Assembly (NCBI GenBank): GCA_964016885.1
Contig: OZ024742.1
Span: 51,398,001-51,462,000 of the forward strand
Length of the DNA: 64,000 nt
Origin: Eledone cirrhosa
Taxonomy: Eukaryota
Direction of reading: 5' to 3'
The translations under genes and the position numbers were made by a program. This document shows, in pieces, positions 40,862-54,470 of the stretch. The notes below the pieces were generated by a model that had not been told where the DNA came from, ran no database searches, and was given only the letters and a program-made list of their open reading frames with translations. Numbering within the stretch: the stretch's first letter is position 1; each line of letters starts with the position of its first letter.

Positions 40862-41040
40862 TAGTAATAATAATAAGTTAGAAGTCTAAAATCCAAAGAG
40901 AGCTCGATAAAGATAAATATATAAGAACCGTAGAGAAAATATTTATTAAAATAACAGAAGATCCCGTTTCAGAAAATCCCGTTAAGGGTGAATGCAGCGA
41001 TTCTTTGCTTAAACTGTAATCTTTTATTTTAATAAATGTT
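40862..41040. repeat. Rearranged fragment of the mini-PLE/HHR family at 42444-43905
   Basis: Shares cagaagatcccg...gcagcgattctttgcttaaact and the inverted tail. Confidence 0.75.
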
Positions 41041-42443
41041 GTATAATATTAACAACACCCACCCCTCCCCCAACCACACACCAGTATATATATATATATA
41101 CACTAACTCACACTATTCAAACATCCTACTACAACCACTAACCCCCACGCACACCATCCACATTCGACCACCCCACCACTAATAATACAAACCATCCCCA
41201 CCCATCTTCCCCCTTACAACGCACACACGAACACACCCACCCTACCACACACGCACTCATACCCAAACACGCACACACACATCTGTATTTTACACTCACT
41301 CATATGGCACCCAGCACCTTCTCTTTTTCCCCCCTCTGTACTACCAAAACACTCCCACACACAGACGCATCCTACTAACACCGCCACTACTATTCACACA
41401 ACCCCCCTACACAGACCACCATATCTCCTTCAACTTTCACACTGACCCACCTCCTATCCTGTCCACCGCACATCAGCACACACATACATACATTCCTCCA
41501 CACCTGCTACTACCTCTGACACTGACTACCCTTTCATTCCTCTTCTCCTCCCTTCTCCTTCTCTCGCACACTTCGCCCTGCCTTCTCCGCCCCCTACATT
41601 GACCATCTTGACCACTTACTGTTGCGCGCGCTTCACAACGTTCTACTTCCTCCTCACCCATGCCACGGATCCTACACCGTGGGTCACACTCTCAGGATAT
41701 CTACGAGATAATACCCGGATTTTCACCATCTGTCCCCACATTCACCGAGAAACCAATCAGGAACACACACAAATAAACACTTACATCATTTTCGCACACA
41801 CGGAACCATATTATCCCCACGTATCCCCACCACACAAAAACAAACACACATATGTGCGTATCCTCACATACACCGACTCTGCCTCCAGACTCCACATGCT
41901 GCCTCTCCCCTATTCCTTCCGACCCATCTCCATCCACACACACATACTTACACCCCACCCATGTACACACAGGTCTTCTAAACACCCGAGCATGGAAACC
42001 CGTTCTCCCCAAACTCTCGCATGCACACACACGTGCACCTACACCCCCCATCCCTCCGCCCTCAACACTCGGACTCCTAATTTCCTTGCACCTCTCACTC
42101 CCCCTCTATACACCCAACACCTCACCCACATGCCTCACACCCTTACACCACTTGTTTTCAACTTATTTTCCCACACCTGTTATTTTTATTTTTTTTATTT
42201 TCCCTTCATTGTTTTTCCTGTTATTTTAATGTGTTTCCACTATTCCCCCCTCACACCCTCTCGGAAATCCTCTCCTTCCCACCATTCTCCTGATTAAAGT
42301 CTGATGCCTGAAACATCGTCCGTCACCCCACTCCAACTCTCAAGCGTTAACCTATTACCTAACACCTTTTGTAACTGTACTCATTGTTGTTATTTACTTT
42401 TCCAATTCTTTGTTATGCATGCATATATATATATATATATATA

Positions 42444-43509
42444 TTAAAATAACAGATTAAAGTTTAAGCAAAGATTCGCTGCTTTCACCCTTAACGAGAT
42501 TTTCTGAAACTAACAAAGTCAATCTGTGAACGCAGAAGTGAATATTTCAAAAAAAGTTGCAACCGGAGGAAGACAGGAAGACGATACTTTGGTCCGTGGA
42601 AACGTTCCCTGGCAAGCACGTGGGCCGCATTTAGTCATGGTCAAAAGACCATCATCACGGTACAAACAACCGCCCACGTTGGGGAATTCTTCCTTGTTAG
42701 AGAAAAGAAGGCTGTTTTCTGTATCAGTAGTTTTAGGTATGTTTTGCTGCTTGGTACGGGAATGTTCTTTGTAGAAATATCCAGATGTTGTTACTTTCCT
42801 CCTGTTGCAACGTTTCTTGAAATATTCACTTCTGCGTTCACAGATTCACTTTGTTAGTTTCAGAAGATTCCGTTAAGGGTGAAAGCAGCGATTCTTTGCT
42901 TAAGCTTTAATCTGTTATTTTAATAAATATTTGCTCTACGGTTCTTATATATTTGATATATATTTATCCTTATCGAGCCCTCTCTGGATTTTAGTCTTCA
43001 AATTTATTATTATTACTATTTGGCTCCTTCGGTTGAGCACTCTATTGACTTATATTCATCATGCAGAAACAACATCTGAATATTTCTACAAAGAACCTTC
43101 CCGTACCAAGCAGGAAAACATACCTAAAACTGATACAGAAAACAGCCTTCTTTTCTCTATCAAGGAAGAATACCCCAACCTGGGCGGTGGTTTGTACCGT
43201 GATGATGGTCTTTTGACCATGACTAAGTGCGGCCCACTTGCTTGCCAGGGAACGTTTCCACGAACGAAAGTATCGTCTTCCTGTCGTCCTCCGGTTGCAA
43301 CGTTTTTTGAAATATTCACTTCTGCGATCACAGATTGACTTTGTTAGTTTCAGAAGATCCCGTTAAGGGTGAAAGCAGCGATTCTTTGCTTAAACTTTTA
43401 TCTGTTATTTTAATAAATATTTGCTCTACGGTTCTTATTATATTTGATATATATTTATCCTTATCGAGCCCTCTTTGGATTTTAATCTTCAAATTTATTA
43501 TTATTACTA

Positions 43510-43550
<41 letters not shown>

Positions 43551-43629
43551 TAATGTGTGTGTGTGTGTGTGTATTTATATATATGTGAGGGTGTCTGTGG
43601 GCGTGCGTGATTATATTTATATATAGTCG

Positions 43630-43686
<57 letters not shown>

Positions 43687-43901
43687 ATAATAATAAATTT
43701 GAAGACTAAAATCCAAAGAGGGCTCGATCAGGATAAATATATATCAAATATATAAGAACCGAAGAGCAAATATTTATTAAAATAACAGATTAAAAGTTTA
43801 AGCAAAGAATCGCTGCTTTCACCCTTTGTTAGTTTCAGAAGATCCCGTTAAGGGTGAAAGCAGCGATTCTTTGCTTAAACTTTAATCTGTTATTTTAATA
43901 A

Positions 43902-43905
<4 letters not shown>
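42444..43905. mobile_element. Cluster of ~490-bp non-autonomous PLE-derived units in tandem and inverted orientation
   Basis: Period 490 (42861 to 43351); unit encodes YPNLGGGLYRDDGL (PLE RT motif); an HHR in each unit. Confidence 0.8.
43346..43396 (+). ncRNA. Type I HHR, CAGAAGA core variant (other copies 42856-42906 +, 43831-43881 +, 42461-42511 -)
   Basis: AGUUU-CAGAAGA-UCCC guuaa GGGU-GAAA-GCA gcgauucuu UGC-UU-AAACU; distal helix I ACAGAU/AUCUGU. Confidence 0.7.
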
Positions 43906-43971
<66 letters not shown>

Positions 43972-44340
43972 TTATATATATGTGTGTGTGTGTGCGTGCG
44001 TGAATATATTTATATGTAGTCGTATATATATATATTTATATAGATAGATATGTATATGTTTTTTAAGAAAAGATAAGTATATATCTGTTTCTATTACCTG
44101 TTCTTATTTTATAATTTGATGTATAGCTCTGATATCGAGTCAATTTAATTATTTCGATTATTTGGTCTCTCGTAGACTTGTGTATGTTCATTTTAAAGAA
44201 ACATTCTATGTATAGCCCTTATAAACTTGTGTGTGTTTGTTTGAGCATCATTTATGGCGTCGACATCATAACTGATCTTTGAATAATACAGAAAAGATAC
44301 CAGATTCCGTATATTATTCTTATATTTCTTTTCCTCCTAA

Positions 44341-44530
44341 GGCGGTGAATTGGCAGTATCGGTAGAGGGTGGACGCCATGCTTTCTACCATAATTACGTC
44401 CTTTTACGGTCTGAGTTCAAATCCCGCCAAGGTTAACTTTGCCTCTCATCCTTACGGGGTCGATAAAATAAAGTACCAGTAATGTACTGGGTATTTTTGT
44501 TGGCTTTGTGCCTAAAGTAGAAACAATTAT
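44341..44530 (+). mobile_element. tRNA-derived SINE copy
   Basis: Same family as 12787. Confidence 0.8.
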
Positions 44531-45646
44531 ATTTCTTCTCCTCCGATTCCTTGCACCTGAATACGTCCATCCATGTATTTTGACTAGTGTTTCAGATTGA
44601 AGTGCAGATAATTTCATAGTGAATAAAGGCCGGTATCTACATTACAAAAACAAATATTCATCATTTAGTAGAGAATAACATGAATGTAATTAATTACAAT
44701 AATGTTTGAGATAAGGTTTTACTTGCCTTTTATATAACTGTTGTAGCATTTCATCCGCCATGCGTCATTGAGATATATTAAAATGAGTCCTCTAAATCAG
44801 TGATTGTTCTCATCAGTGTTTGTAATGTTTTAACTAGGAGAATCGGCTACGCCTACAGCACCGGCTTGGCTTCAGATTGTGCTGATTGTGCTAATATCTA
44901 CCTGACACGTTGTCATGTATTGAAATATCCACTCTGTTTTGTTTGGCTGGGTGATCCCAAATTGGAACTAATGCCGCAATACCCAATTACGAAGTTACTT
45001 GTAGAAACGGCAACAGATTATATAATACATTTTGCGGTATTTCATCCAAATCGTTTTCCTAATCGATCTTATATAATACACAAAATCATTCTAGGAAACT
45101 AAAACAAAATATTATTAATTTTTCTCCACATTATCATTTTTGACAACAGTTGTTTGTGTGCTAATAATGCTAATGTAATTGTTGTTATTATTCTATAAAT
45201 TTCAACTGTCAATAATTTATTATATTTCTGCATTTTCCGTTGTATTATATACCTTCGATTAACGGAATTTCTAAATTTAATGCATTAAAGATTTTCAATA
45301 CTGCGTTTATTTCTCTTCAATATGTAAAACCAATTTCGGTATATTTCGTTTATTTATGTCACTAAACTCATTTCAAAGTAATGCTAATTTCGTTTAACCT
45401 CTGTTGCGGTTGCCCTACGAGAGAGAAAAAATTATTCTAGATTTATTACAAACAAATGGATATAGCAAATTATAAACAGTTTCTTTATTCTTGAGAATAT
45501 TGCGAAACAATGATTATCCTCCTTGCACAAGCATGAATAAGTCCATTTCCACAAGGATATTTCATGAAAGCTAAGTATAGAAAATCAGTTGAATAATATA
45601 TTATATTTAGAATTTTTCGAATGGAGATATGCTTTGAAGGGATAAT

Positions 45647-47791
45647 TAGGAATGTATCTATCTGATTAATAAACAAATCCGCGCATTTCACATTTCTTTA
45701 CATCACAATGCCGTTGATTATCAAAATAGCCTCCCAAAGATTGTATTTTGACCTTACTAACAAGCTTTTTTATCATAAAAGGACACATTATTCAGTGTAC
45801 AGACGAATTACTATAAACTGTGAACAACTTACATCTAGGTCACTACAATGTGTCCTTTTATACAGTAGTCCACTGCCCAATAGGTGCATGTATATCATAG
45901 GCATCATCTTCAAACACTTATTCAGATGATCGACAAATAGATTCAAAACGGCTAAAACGTGATTTAAAAAAACAATTTTCGCTAATCCTGTTGCTAAAAA
46001 ATTATAAACTATCAAAACATTACACTAGATATGATTATTTTAAACTTAGAAAATGGTATAGATCACATCAAACTTAAGAATAATAATAATGATTTAAATT
46101 CTGTTTCACACTGTCGCAAACTAGGGAACTTAAAGCCAATAAAAATGACAACAACAAAAACAACAACAATAATAAGGAGGTTATAGTTCACTTGAAGCAT
46201 TGTGTAATGAGGTATAAACGTTTGAATATGTATAATAAAGCCAAAACAATGCAGGTATGGACATAGAAAAAAGAATGCAATTGCAAAAGATATTGTTGAC
46301 AAATCGTCTTTTACCTTAGATTTATTTAAATGTCTTTAATTTTTGAGATAATATCTCTTCTTCAGAGTGAAATAAAGGTCTCATACCAGCGTTCTAAATA
46401 TATTGCCAAGCCATGCTGACAGGAAATAGTATAGAGTATCTGTTCTATCTTTAATGTCAAAGAGTTAAAATTAGGTGGATAAAGAGTAGTCTCCCTTTAA
46501 AAGAGGTTTGTTTAGGGTTGTTGTTTTTTCTATATATACATTCCTGTTTAAGTGTGTGGGAGAATGCATGAAGGTGTAAGTATGTGAGTGTGTGTGTGTG
46601 AGTGTGAGAAGATAAGTCTATTCGTAAATGTGGGGGATAAGTGTTATCTGGTGTTAGAACTGGTTTTGTGTGTGTATGTGTGAGAGAGAATAAGTGGAGG
46701 TGTAAGCGTGTGTGTGTGTGCTTGTGTGTGGGGGGTGGGGATAAATATGGGGTTAGAAGCCCTATCAGGTTATAAATTGGGTGTTGAGTTCTAGTCTATT
46801 ATTGATTGGTGGTTGTGTTTTATCTATAATTAGTGCTTCCTTAATTCTAAGATTGCCGAGGTTTCTTTCCTTAGTTTCTATCCTAACTGTTATGGTTTTG
46901 TCGGTGTTTTTGCATTTAACTACATGTTTCTTAAACGAGGAAGCGTTAGTATTGAGGTGTTCTTTTATTCTTATGTGGAGTGGTCTGGTGGTGCTACCTA
47001 CGTAGAAGTTGTTGCATTTGTCACACTCTAGTCTGTATACGACGTAAGCCTGGTGGCATAGGTCTGTGTCGTTGATGGGGCAGTTGGCTAGTCTACAGCA
47101 GTTGTCATGTCTGGTGGAGTGTCTTTTGGTTAGCTGTTCGCGTAGAGAAGGACCTGAGTGGGCCAGTTGGATATCTAGTCCCTCTCGTCTGATGGCTCTG
47201 CGGATGGCTGTTGTTGTTTCTTCACTGAAGTGTGGGAGCTTCAGGAATCAAGTGTTAGTGCCTAGGAATGTATCTATCTGATTAATAAACAAATCCGCGC
47301 ATTTCACATTTCTTTACATCACAATGCCGTTGATTATCAAAATAGCCTCCCAAAGATTGTATTTTGACCTTACTAACAAGCTTTTTTATCATAAAAGGAC
47401 ACATTATTCAGTGTACAGACGAATTACTATAAACTGTGAACAACTTACATCTAGGTCACTACAATGTGTCCTTTTATACAGTAGTCCACTGCCCAATAGG
47501 TGCATGTATATCATAGGCATCATCTTCAAACACTTATTCAGATGATCGACAAATAGATTCAAAACGGCTAAAACGTGATTTAAAAAAACAATTTTCGCTA
47601 ATCCTGTTGCTAAAAAATTATAAACTATCAAAACATTACACTAGATATGATTATTTTAAACTTAGAAAATGGTATAGATCACATCAAACTTAAGAATAAT
47701 AATAATGATTTAAATTCTGTTTCACACTGTCGCAAACTAGGGAACTTAAAGCCAATAAAAATGACAACAACAAAAACAACAACAATAATAA
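45647..47791. repeat. 529-bp direct duplication (45647-46175 and 47263-47791) flanking a PLE fragment
   Basis: Offset 1616; duplicated ORF calls 45708 and 47324 are identical. Confidence 0.9.
46176..47262 (-). mobile_element. 5'-truncated PLE copy (GIY-YIG plus pLTR), apparently identical to 49769-50855
   Basis: Offset 3593; duplicated ORF calls are identical. Confidence 0.9.
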
Positions 47792-48042
47792 TAATTGTTT
47801 CTACTTTTGGCACAAGGACAGCAATTACCCAGTGCATTACTGGTACATTATTTTATTAACAACAATAATAATAATGGTGGGTTCTGATTTAGGCACAAAG
47901 CCAACAATTTTGGGAGAAAGAGCATTACAGGTACTTTATTTTATCGACCGCGTAAGGATGAAAGGCAAAGCTAATCTTGGCAGGATTTGAACTCAGAATA
48001 TGCCGCTAAGCCTATTGTCCGACGCCCAACTGATTCTGCAAT
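47792..48042 (-). mobile_element. SINE fragments (reverse orientation)
   Basis: Reverse complements of tail, core and B-box (ggatttgaactcag). Confidence 0.7.
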
Positions 48043-48064
48043 TCTATATATTATTAACAATTGC

Positions 48065-48765
48065 GATGGACCATAAAGAGATAAGATGTTTCTTATTAAC
48101 ATAATCATTCCATTAGATCGTAAAACATCCTGAAAAGGGCTTTGAAAAGTCAGCAACTATAAAGATCTATCAATTGAAATTGAGAAAATGTGGCATCTTA
48201 CCGCATCTACATTACCAGAAAGAGTCGGCACTCTTGGAATGGTAAAAAAGGAACTGAAAAATATTTGGACCAGTTAGCTGGAAAGCCATAAAGCAAGATA
48301 TACAAATTGGCCCTTTCCATGTTATGAGAAGGACATTATCAATTAAAAAAACCTTGCAAAGCCATTTACTGTTGCCTGTATCCCATGACATCATTTGGCA
48401 AACACCCGACAAAACGCCACTGGACTCCTTCAATGGAGCCGGCTCTGCTCACTCAGGGTGCATGCAACTACAAGTACACGTAAGTAAGCGATGAAAATGT
48501 TGATTCAATTAGACGCGCACAAAAAAGAAAAAGCATGGGAAGAAATCTCGATGGCAGACGCATAGGTGGTGTACACAAAATCTCCTGGTATAGATCGGGT
48601 GGCAGATTTCTGGTATTCATCGCTATTGTACTCACTCAAAATGTTATTAATTTATGAAAGATCCTGACAATTGTCTCACTGGATATCAAGTAGTATTAAT
48701 TACTTACTACCAAAGAATATTGGAAGTAAAGTTCCAAAAATGTATCAGTCTAAGACATGTAAATC
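48065..48765 (+). mobile_element. Old Dong/R4-like relics (RLE fragment and RT N-terminal fragment)
   Basis: NYKDLSIEIEKMWHL...VGTLGM at ~48155-48242; KSPGIDRVADFWY...YLLPK at ~48577-48715. Confidence 0.6.
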
Positions 48766-48769
48766 CACC

Positions 48770-49680
48770 GATTGGCAGAGGGCTGTGAGTGCCGGACATT
48801 CCAAATGTCTGACACGCACTCTTTTTCTATACTTAACCCTAGGCTACAGCACAGTCAAAGATGAGCTGCAGGATAAGATGCCTAATAAACTCTCTTCAAC
48901 TTTTAAGAATATATGCAAGTGGTGCATATTCAGAGTATTTTTGCGCGTCATCAGCCACAGTATGCTCAACCTTCCCAGTAAACGGTCTCGGCAGCAAATA
49001 GAGGGCCTGGACAATGGAACAGCTCCTTTTTCCAAGGTGAAAGAGCAGGAGCTTCAATCTACTGGAGCGTTGCTTGGGTCAAGTCAAGGTGGTCAAGTGA
49101 TATTGGATGACAGAAATAATGTATGCGTTTGCAAAATCAGCCTGGCCTTTCAAAATTAGCTTCATCTCAGCCAATGTCTGAGTCAAAATATCCATCCTGC
49201 TCGTTCCCTTATACCATGATCAATATACTGACTAATCTAAGTTAATTTTTGCCCCAGTCAACGATTTCTAACAATCTATGTATTTGCTGGCTATCTAGCT
49301 ATACGGGATGTTCGACATCATCACGGTGCAGTCGTCCACATATGCCGACACATCATTTCCTCTTCCCGGTTCGAGCGGGATGTCCTGCAACAACTCCAGC
49401 CTCGGCGTGATGGCTTTAGTTTACAGCACTTTCGTTGGGAAGATGGGGGTATCATTGAGGGATCGAGCGCTTGATCTGAAATGATTTTGGTAGAGAAAAG
49501 TTATTCTAAATCCAAGCAGATACCGCTGTGTAATGTAACGATCCATGTTGTGAAGATTGGCTTTGAGGTTAGCTTCAAATTATCGATGGTCGACCCTATC
49601 GAATGCTTTCAAATGATCTCAATTGACCAGAGCCCCACCGAAGCCAAGAAGATGTCCATAGGAAAAGATATGTTGTAATA
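48770..49680 (-). mobile_element. Old Tx1/L1-like RT relic
   Basis: Minus frames give DHLKAFDRVDHR (~49600) and VSAYVDD (~49335). Confidence 0.6.
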
Positions 49681-49706
49681 ATTGAGAACGAAAGTAAACA
49701 GTGTTG

Positions 49707-49765
<59 letters not shown>

Positions 49766-49767
<2 letters not shown>

Positions 49768-52700
49768 AGGAGGTTATAGTTCACTTGAAGCATTGTGTAA
49801 TGAGGTATAAACGTTTGAATATGTATAATAAAGCCAAAACAATGCAGGTATGGACATAGAAAAAAGAATGCAATTGCAAAAGATATTGTTGACAAATCGT
49901 CTTTTACCTTAGATTTATTTAAATGTCTTTAATTTTTGAGATAATATCTCTTCTTCAGAGTGAAATAAAGGTCTCATACCAGCGTTCTAAATATATTGCC
50001 AAGCCATGCTGACAGGAAATAGTATAGAGTATCTGTTCTATCTTTAATGTCAAAGAGTTAAAATTAGGTGGATAAAGAGTAGTCTCCCTTTAAAAGAGGT
50101 TTGTTTAGGGTTGTTGTTTTTTCTATATATACATTCCTGTTTAAGTGTGTGGGAGAATGCATGAAGGTGTAAGTATGTGAGTGTGTGTGTGTGAGTGTGA
50201 GAAGATAAGTCTATTCGTAAATGTGGGGGATAAGTGTTATCTGGTGTTAGAACTGGTTTTGTGTGTGTATGTGTGAGAGAGAATAAGTGGAGGTGTAAGC
50301 GTGTGTGTGTGTGCTTGTGTGTGGGGGGTGGGGATAAATATGGGGTTAGAAGCCCTATCAGGTTATAAATTGGGTGTTGAGTTCTAGTCTATTATTGATT
50401 GGTGGTTGTGTTTTATCTATAATTAGTGCTTCCTTAATTCTAAGATTGCCGAGGTTTCTTTCCTTAGTTTCTATCCTAACTGTTATGGTTTTGTCGGTGT
50501 TTTTGCATTTAACTACATGTTTCTTAAACGAGGAAGCGTTAGTATTGAGGTGTTCTTTTATTCTTATGTGGAGTGGTCTGGTGGTGCTACCTACGTAGAA
50601 GTTGTTGCATTTGTCACACTCTAGTCTGTATACGACGTAAGCCTGGTGGCATAGGTCTGTGTCGTTGATGGGGCAGTTGGCTAGTCTACAGCAGTTGTCA
50701 TGTCTGGTGGAGTGTCTTTTGGTTAGCTGTTCGCGTAGAGAAGGACCTGAGTGGGCCAGTTGGATATCTAGTCCCTCTCGTCTGATGGCTCTGCGGATGG
50801 CTGTTGTTGTTTCTTCACTGAAGTGTGGGAGCTTCAGGAATCAAGTGTTAGTGCCTCGGGTGTGGTGTCCTCTGTTCTTTCTGGCACGGCCTGTGGTGGA
50901 TGTCGTGTATCCGTTCAGTTTGAGTACTTCCAGGAAATGTGGGGTGTGTGTGTCTCGGTCTCTAGCGTCGGTGCATTTGTTCCAGATACGTGCCAGTTCG
51001 TTCCTTATGTATCCGAACTTGGCACCGAGTGGGAGGGCCGATCTGAAATGTACGAACAGGTCCCTGCTGGCGGCTTTTTTATAGAAGCAGGCGTGGATGT
51101 TGCCTTCCTCTGTTACCCTGAGTTGGAAGTCCAGTAGGGATAGGGATCCGCTGTCAACGGGGTGTTCCATGCTGAACTTATTACTGGCGTCCATGATGGA
51201 GAATGTTGTGTATATTTTATCTGCCTCCTCACGGGATGATGTAAGGATGAGTATGTCATCTACATATCGTGTGAAGAAGGCATGGGAATGGCAGGTGTTG
51301 AGGGCTCGGCATTCTAGCTGGTTCATGTAGGTGATGGCCAGCAGGCCCGATAGGCTGGATCCCATGGGTAATCCTGTTGTCTGTGTGTATGTGTGGTGGT
51401 GGAAGGTGAAGTATGTGTTGTCTACTGTGAAGGACAAAAGCTGGTGTATATCCGTCGGGTGGAGGCCGTAGCAGTGGATGTCCTCTGCGACCACGCAGTC
51501 CGTCAATAAATCGACAGCTGGATGAGCGGGAACTGTAGTGTAGAGGGAGACAACGTCTAGGCTAAAAGCGTAATTATTTAGTTTAAGTTGTTCTGGCTGG
51601 AGTTGGTGTAGTCTACGTATAACTTCGTCGGAGCTACTGACATGCCCGGGAAAGGTGGAGAGTAGAGGCTTGACGACCTGGGAGAGGAGCCAGGAAATGT
51701 TGTATAGGGGTCCTTCTATTCTAGAGACGATGGGTCTTATTTGCGTCTTAGTACTATTCTTGTGGGTCTTGATGAGGTGGTAGAAAGTGGGCAGTCTGCT
51801 ATCTCTAGTGGTGTAGTTGAGCTTAATTTTACTTGAGAGTTGTCTTCTCCTACAGATATCGAACCAACACATTTCCTGAAAGTACTCAAACTGAACGGAT
51901 ACACGACATCCACCACAAACCGTGCCAGAAAGAACAGAGGACACCACACCCGAGGCACTAACACTTGCTTCCTGAAGCTCCCACACTTCAGTGAAGAAAC
52001 AACAACAGCCATCCGCAGAGCCATCAGACGAGAGGGACTAGACATCCAACTGGCCCACTCAGGTCCTTCTCTACGCGAACAGCTAACCAAAAGACACTCC
52101 ACCAGACATGACAACTGCTGTAGACTAGCCAACTGCCCATCAACGACACATACCTATGCCACCAGGCTTACGTCGTATACAGACTAGAGTGTGACAAATG
52201 CAACAACTTCTACGTAGGTAGCACCACCAGACCACTCTACATAAGAATAAAAGAACACCTCAATACTAACGCTTCCTCATTTAAGAAACACCTAGTTAAA
52301 TGCAAAAACACCGACAAAACCATAACAGTTAGGATAGAAACTAAGGAAAGAAACCTCGGCAATCTTAGAATTAAGGAAGCACTAATTATAGATAAAACAC
52401 ATCCACCAATCAATAATAGACTAGAACTCAACACCCAATTTATAACCTGATAGGGCTTCTAGCCCCATATTTACCCCCCCCCCCCACACACACACGCTTA
52501 CACCTCCACTTATTCTCTCTCACACATACACACACAAAACCAGTTCTAACAACAGATAACACCTATCCCCCATATTTACGAATAGACTTATCTTCTCACA
52601 CTCACACACACACACTCACATACACCTTCATGCATTCTCCCACACACTTAAACAGGCATGTATATATAAAAAAAAAAAAACCTAAACAAACCCCTTTTAA

Positions 52701-52980
52701 AGGGAGACTACTCTTTATCCACCTAATTTTAACTCTTTGACATTAGAGATAGAACAGATACTCTATACTATTTCCTGTCAGCATGGCTTGGCAAGATATT
52801 TAGAACGCTGGTTTGAGACCTTTATTTCACTCTGAAGAAGAGATATTATCTCGAAAATTAAGGACATTTAAATAAATCTAAGGTAAAAGACGATTTGTCA
52901 ACAATATCTTTTGCAATTGCATTATCTTTTCTATGTCCATACCTGCATTGTTTTGGCTTTATTATACATATTCAAACGTT

Positions 52981-52981
<1 letters not shown>
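49766..52981 (-). mobile_element. Penelope-like element (YVDD type) with an inverted upstream partial copy (51857-52981, +)
   Basis: RT IRPIVS, DVVSLYT, GLPMGSSLS, RYVDD; GIY-YIG VVYRLEC..C..FYVG..T.R.L..RIKEH; fold-back junction ~51856. Confidence 0.9.
50358..51856 (-). pseudogene. PLE RT/GIY-YIG ORF, 5'-truncated, with a single in-frame TGA at 50841-50843
   Basis: The frame continues open after the TGA through ...LIIDKTQPPINNRLELNTQFIT*. Confidence 0.85.
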
Positions 52982-53060
<79 letters not shown>

Positions 53061-54287
53061 GATATATCTACCAAAAATATACGGTAGTGTCCAATCCCTA
53101 TGAAGAACTCAATGTAATCCAAATATCATGAAAAATAAAGATGTATTCAAAAATTTTTTCGACGAATATCACAGGAAAACAGAGTAAAGATAAATTAATA
53201 AAAACAATGAATAAAAACAAAGAAACAGTTTAACTTATTCATATATAGGTGCTACTTCTAACCAATTTAAAGTAAGATTTAATATCCCAAAACATAGTTT
53301 TTAAAATGCCACATTAGCTAATATAACATACTTGGCTGAAATAATTAATAATTATAGAAAAAAGAATATCGATTATAACCAGACCTGAAGTGTGCTCAAA
53401 AGAGCCACCCCTTATCAAAATAAAAGATATGAGTGTAGATTATGTTCCCAGGAATGTTTTGAAATAATGAAATCTAAGGTTATCCTATTTAAATAAGCGA
53501 CAAGAATTAATTATATCGTGCAATCATAGAATTAGAAGAACTTTCAAATATTATAAATCTAATTAATATACACCTTACACTTATATTTTACAAGCTATTA
53601 TAATTAGTTTTTTAAATTTTTAAATTAGTTAACCTATAATTAGTATTTTACTACTGAGAACTTCATAATTTTATTTCCCTTTTACAGTTCTCTTTTCCTA
53701 AAATTAATACCTATATGTATACATATAAACTATTTTAATTTCCTGTTAAGAATCTAAATTCCTTGACTATATAAGTTTTTTATTTCTCACTAATTTTTTT
53801 TCCTTCGTTTTTAACAACATTCTTTAATAACATCTAACTATTATACATCACATCTATATGAATTAATATAAATGTATCCCTATAAGTATACCTATCAATT
53901 AAATTAATTTAATTCCTTGTTATACATCTAAATTCCTTGTGTTTTAAATAAGATTGGTATTTCTCACTAACACATTTACCCTAAAATGTTATTCTCCTTC
54001 TATTTTAACATTAGCATTATTCTTTAATAACATCAAATTTTCGTGTACCTTTCACCGACTTGACCTCTTTTCATCCCCAAAGTAATCTTTTCATTCAAAG
54101 TATTCTTCCATTCAAACCTGAAGTCTACATTGCTCTACCCCTAAATTAAATTTCTACTACTACTATTCTATCAACTTGACCACTCACTAATTTTCTATTG
54201 GTCAATTCAAAACCTGTTCCCAAACTGACCTATTTTATTACATTTTTGGGGGTTTTTTTCAATAAACAAATATTATTTCTGAAGACA

Positions 54288-54470
54288 GCGGTGAATTGGC
54301 AGTATCGGTAGAGGTTCGGACATGCTTTCCAGCATAGTTACGTCCCTTTATGATCTGAGTTCAAATCCCGCCGTGGTTAACTTTGCCTTTCATCCATACG
54401 GGGTGGATAAAATAAAGTACCAGTAATGTACTGTGTAATTGCTGGCCTTGTGCCAAAAGTAGAAACAATT
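54288..54470 (+). mobile_element. SINE inserted in a pLTR HHR with 16-18 bp target-site duplication
   Basis: attatttctgaagacagc at 54272-54289 and 54468-54485. Confidence 0.85.

Noticed and set aside
41050-42420. 232-aa ORF and CTGATTA...GAAACATCGTC motif
   Set aside because: C/A-rich low complexity; helix I does not pair; likely a very old PLE tail but unsupported
50841-51986. 381-aa ORF read as one natural protein
   Set aside because: Its first ~43 aa come from the antisense strand of the inverted copy across the fold-back junction
52821-52880. CTGAAGA-GAGAT/ATCTC-GAAA in the pLTR (also minus copies at ~46360 and ~49955)
   Set aside because: Position fits an HHR, but helices I and III cannot be closed convincingly and the minus copies lack GAAA
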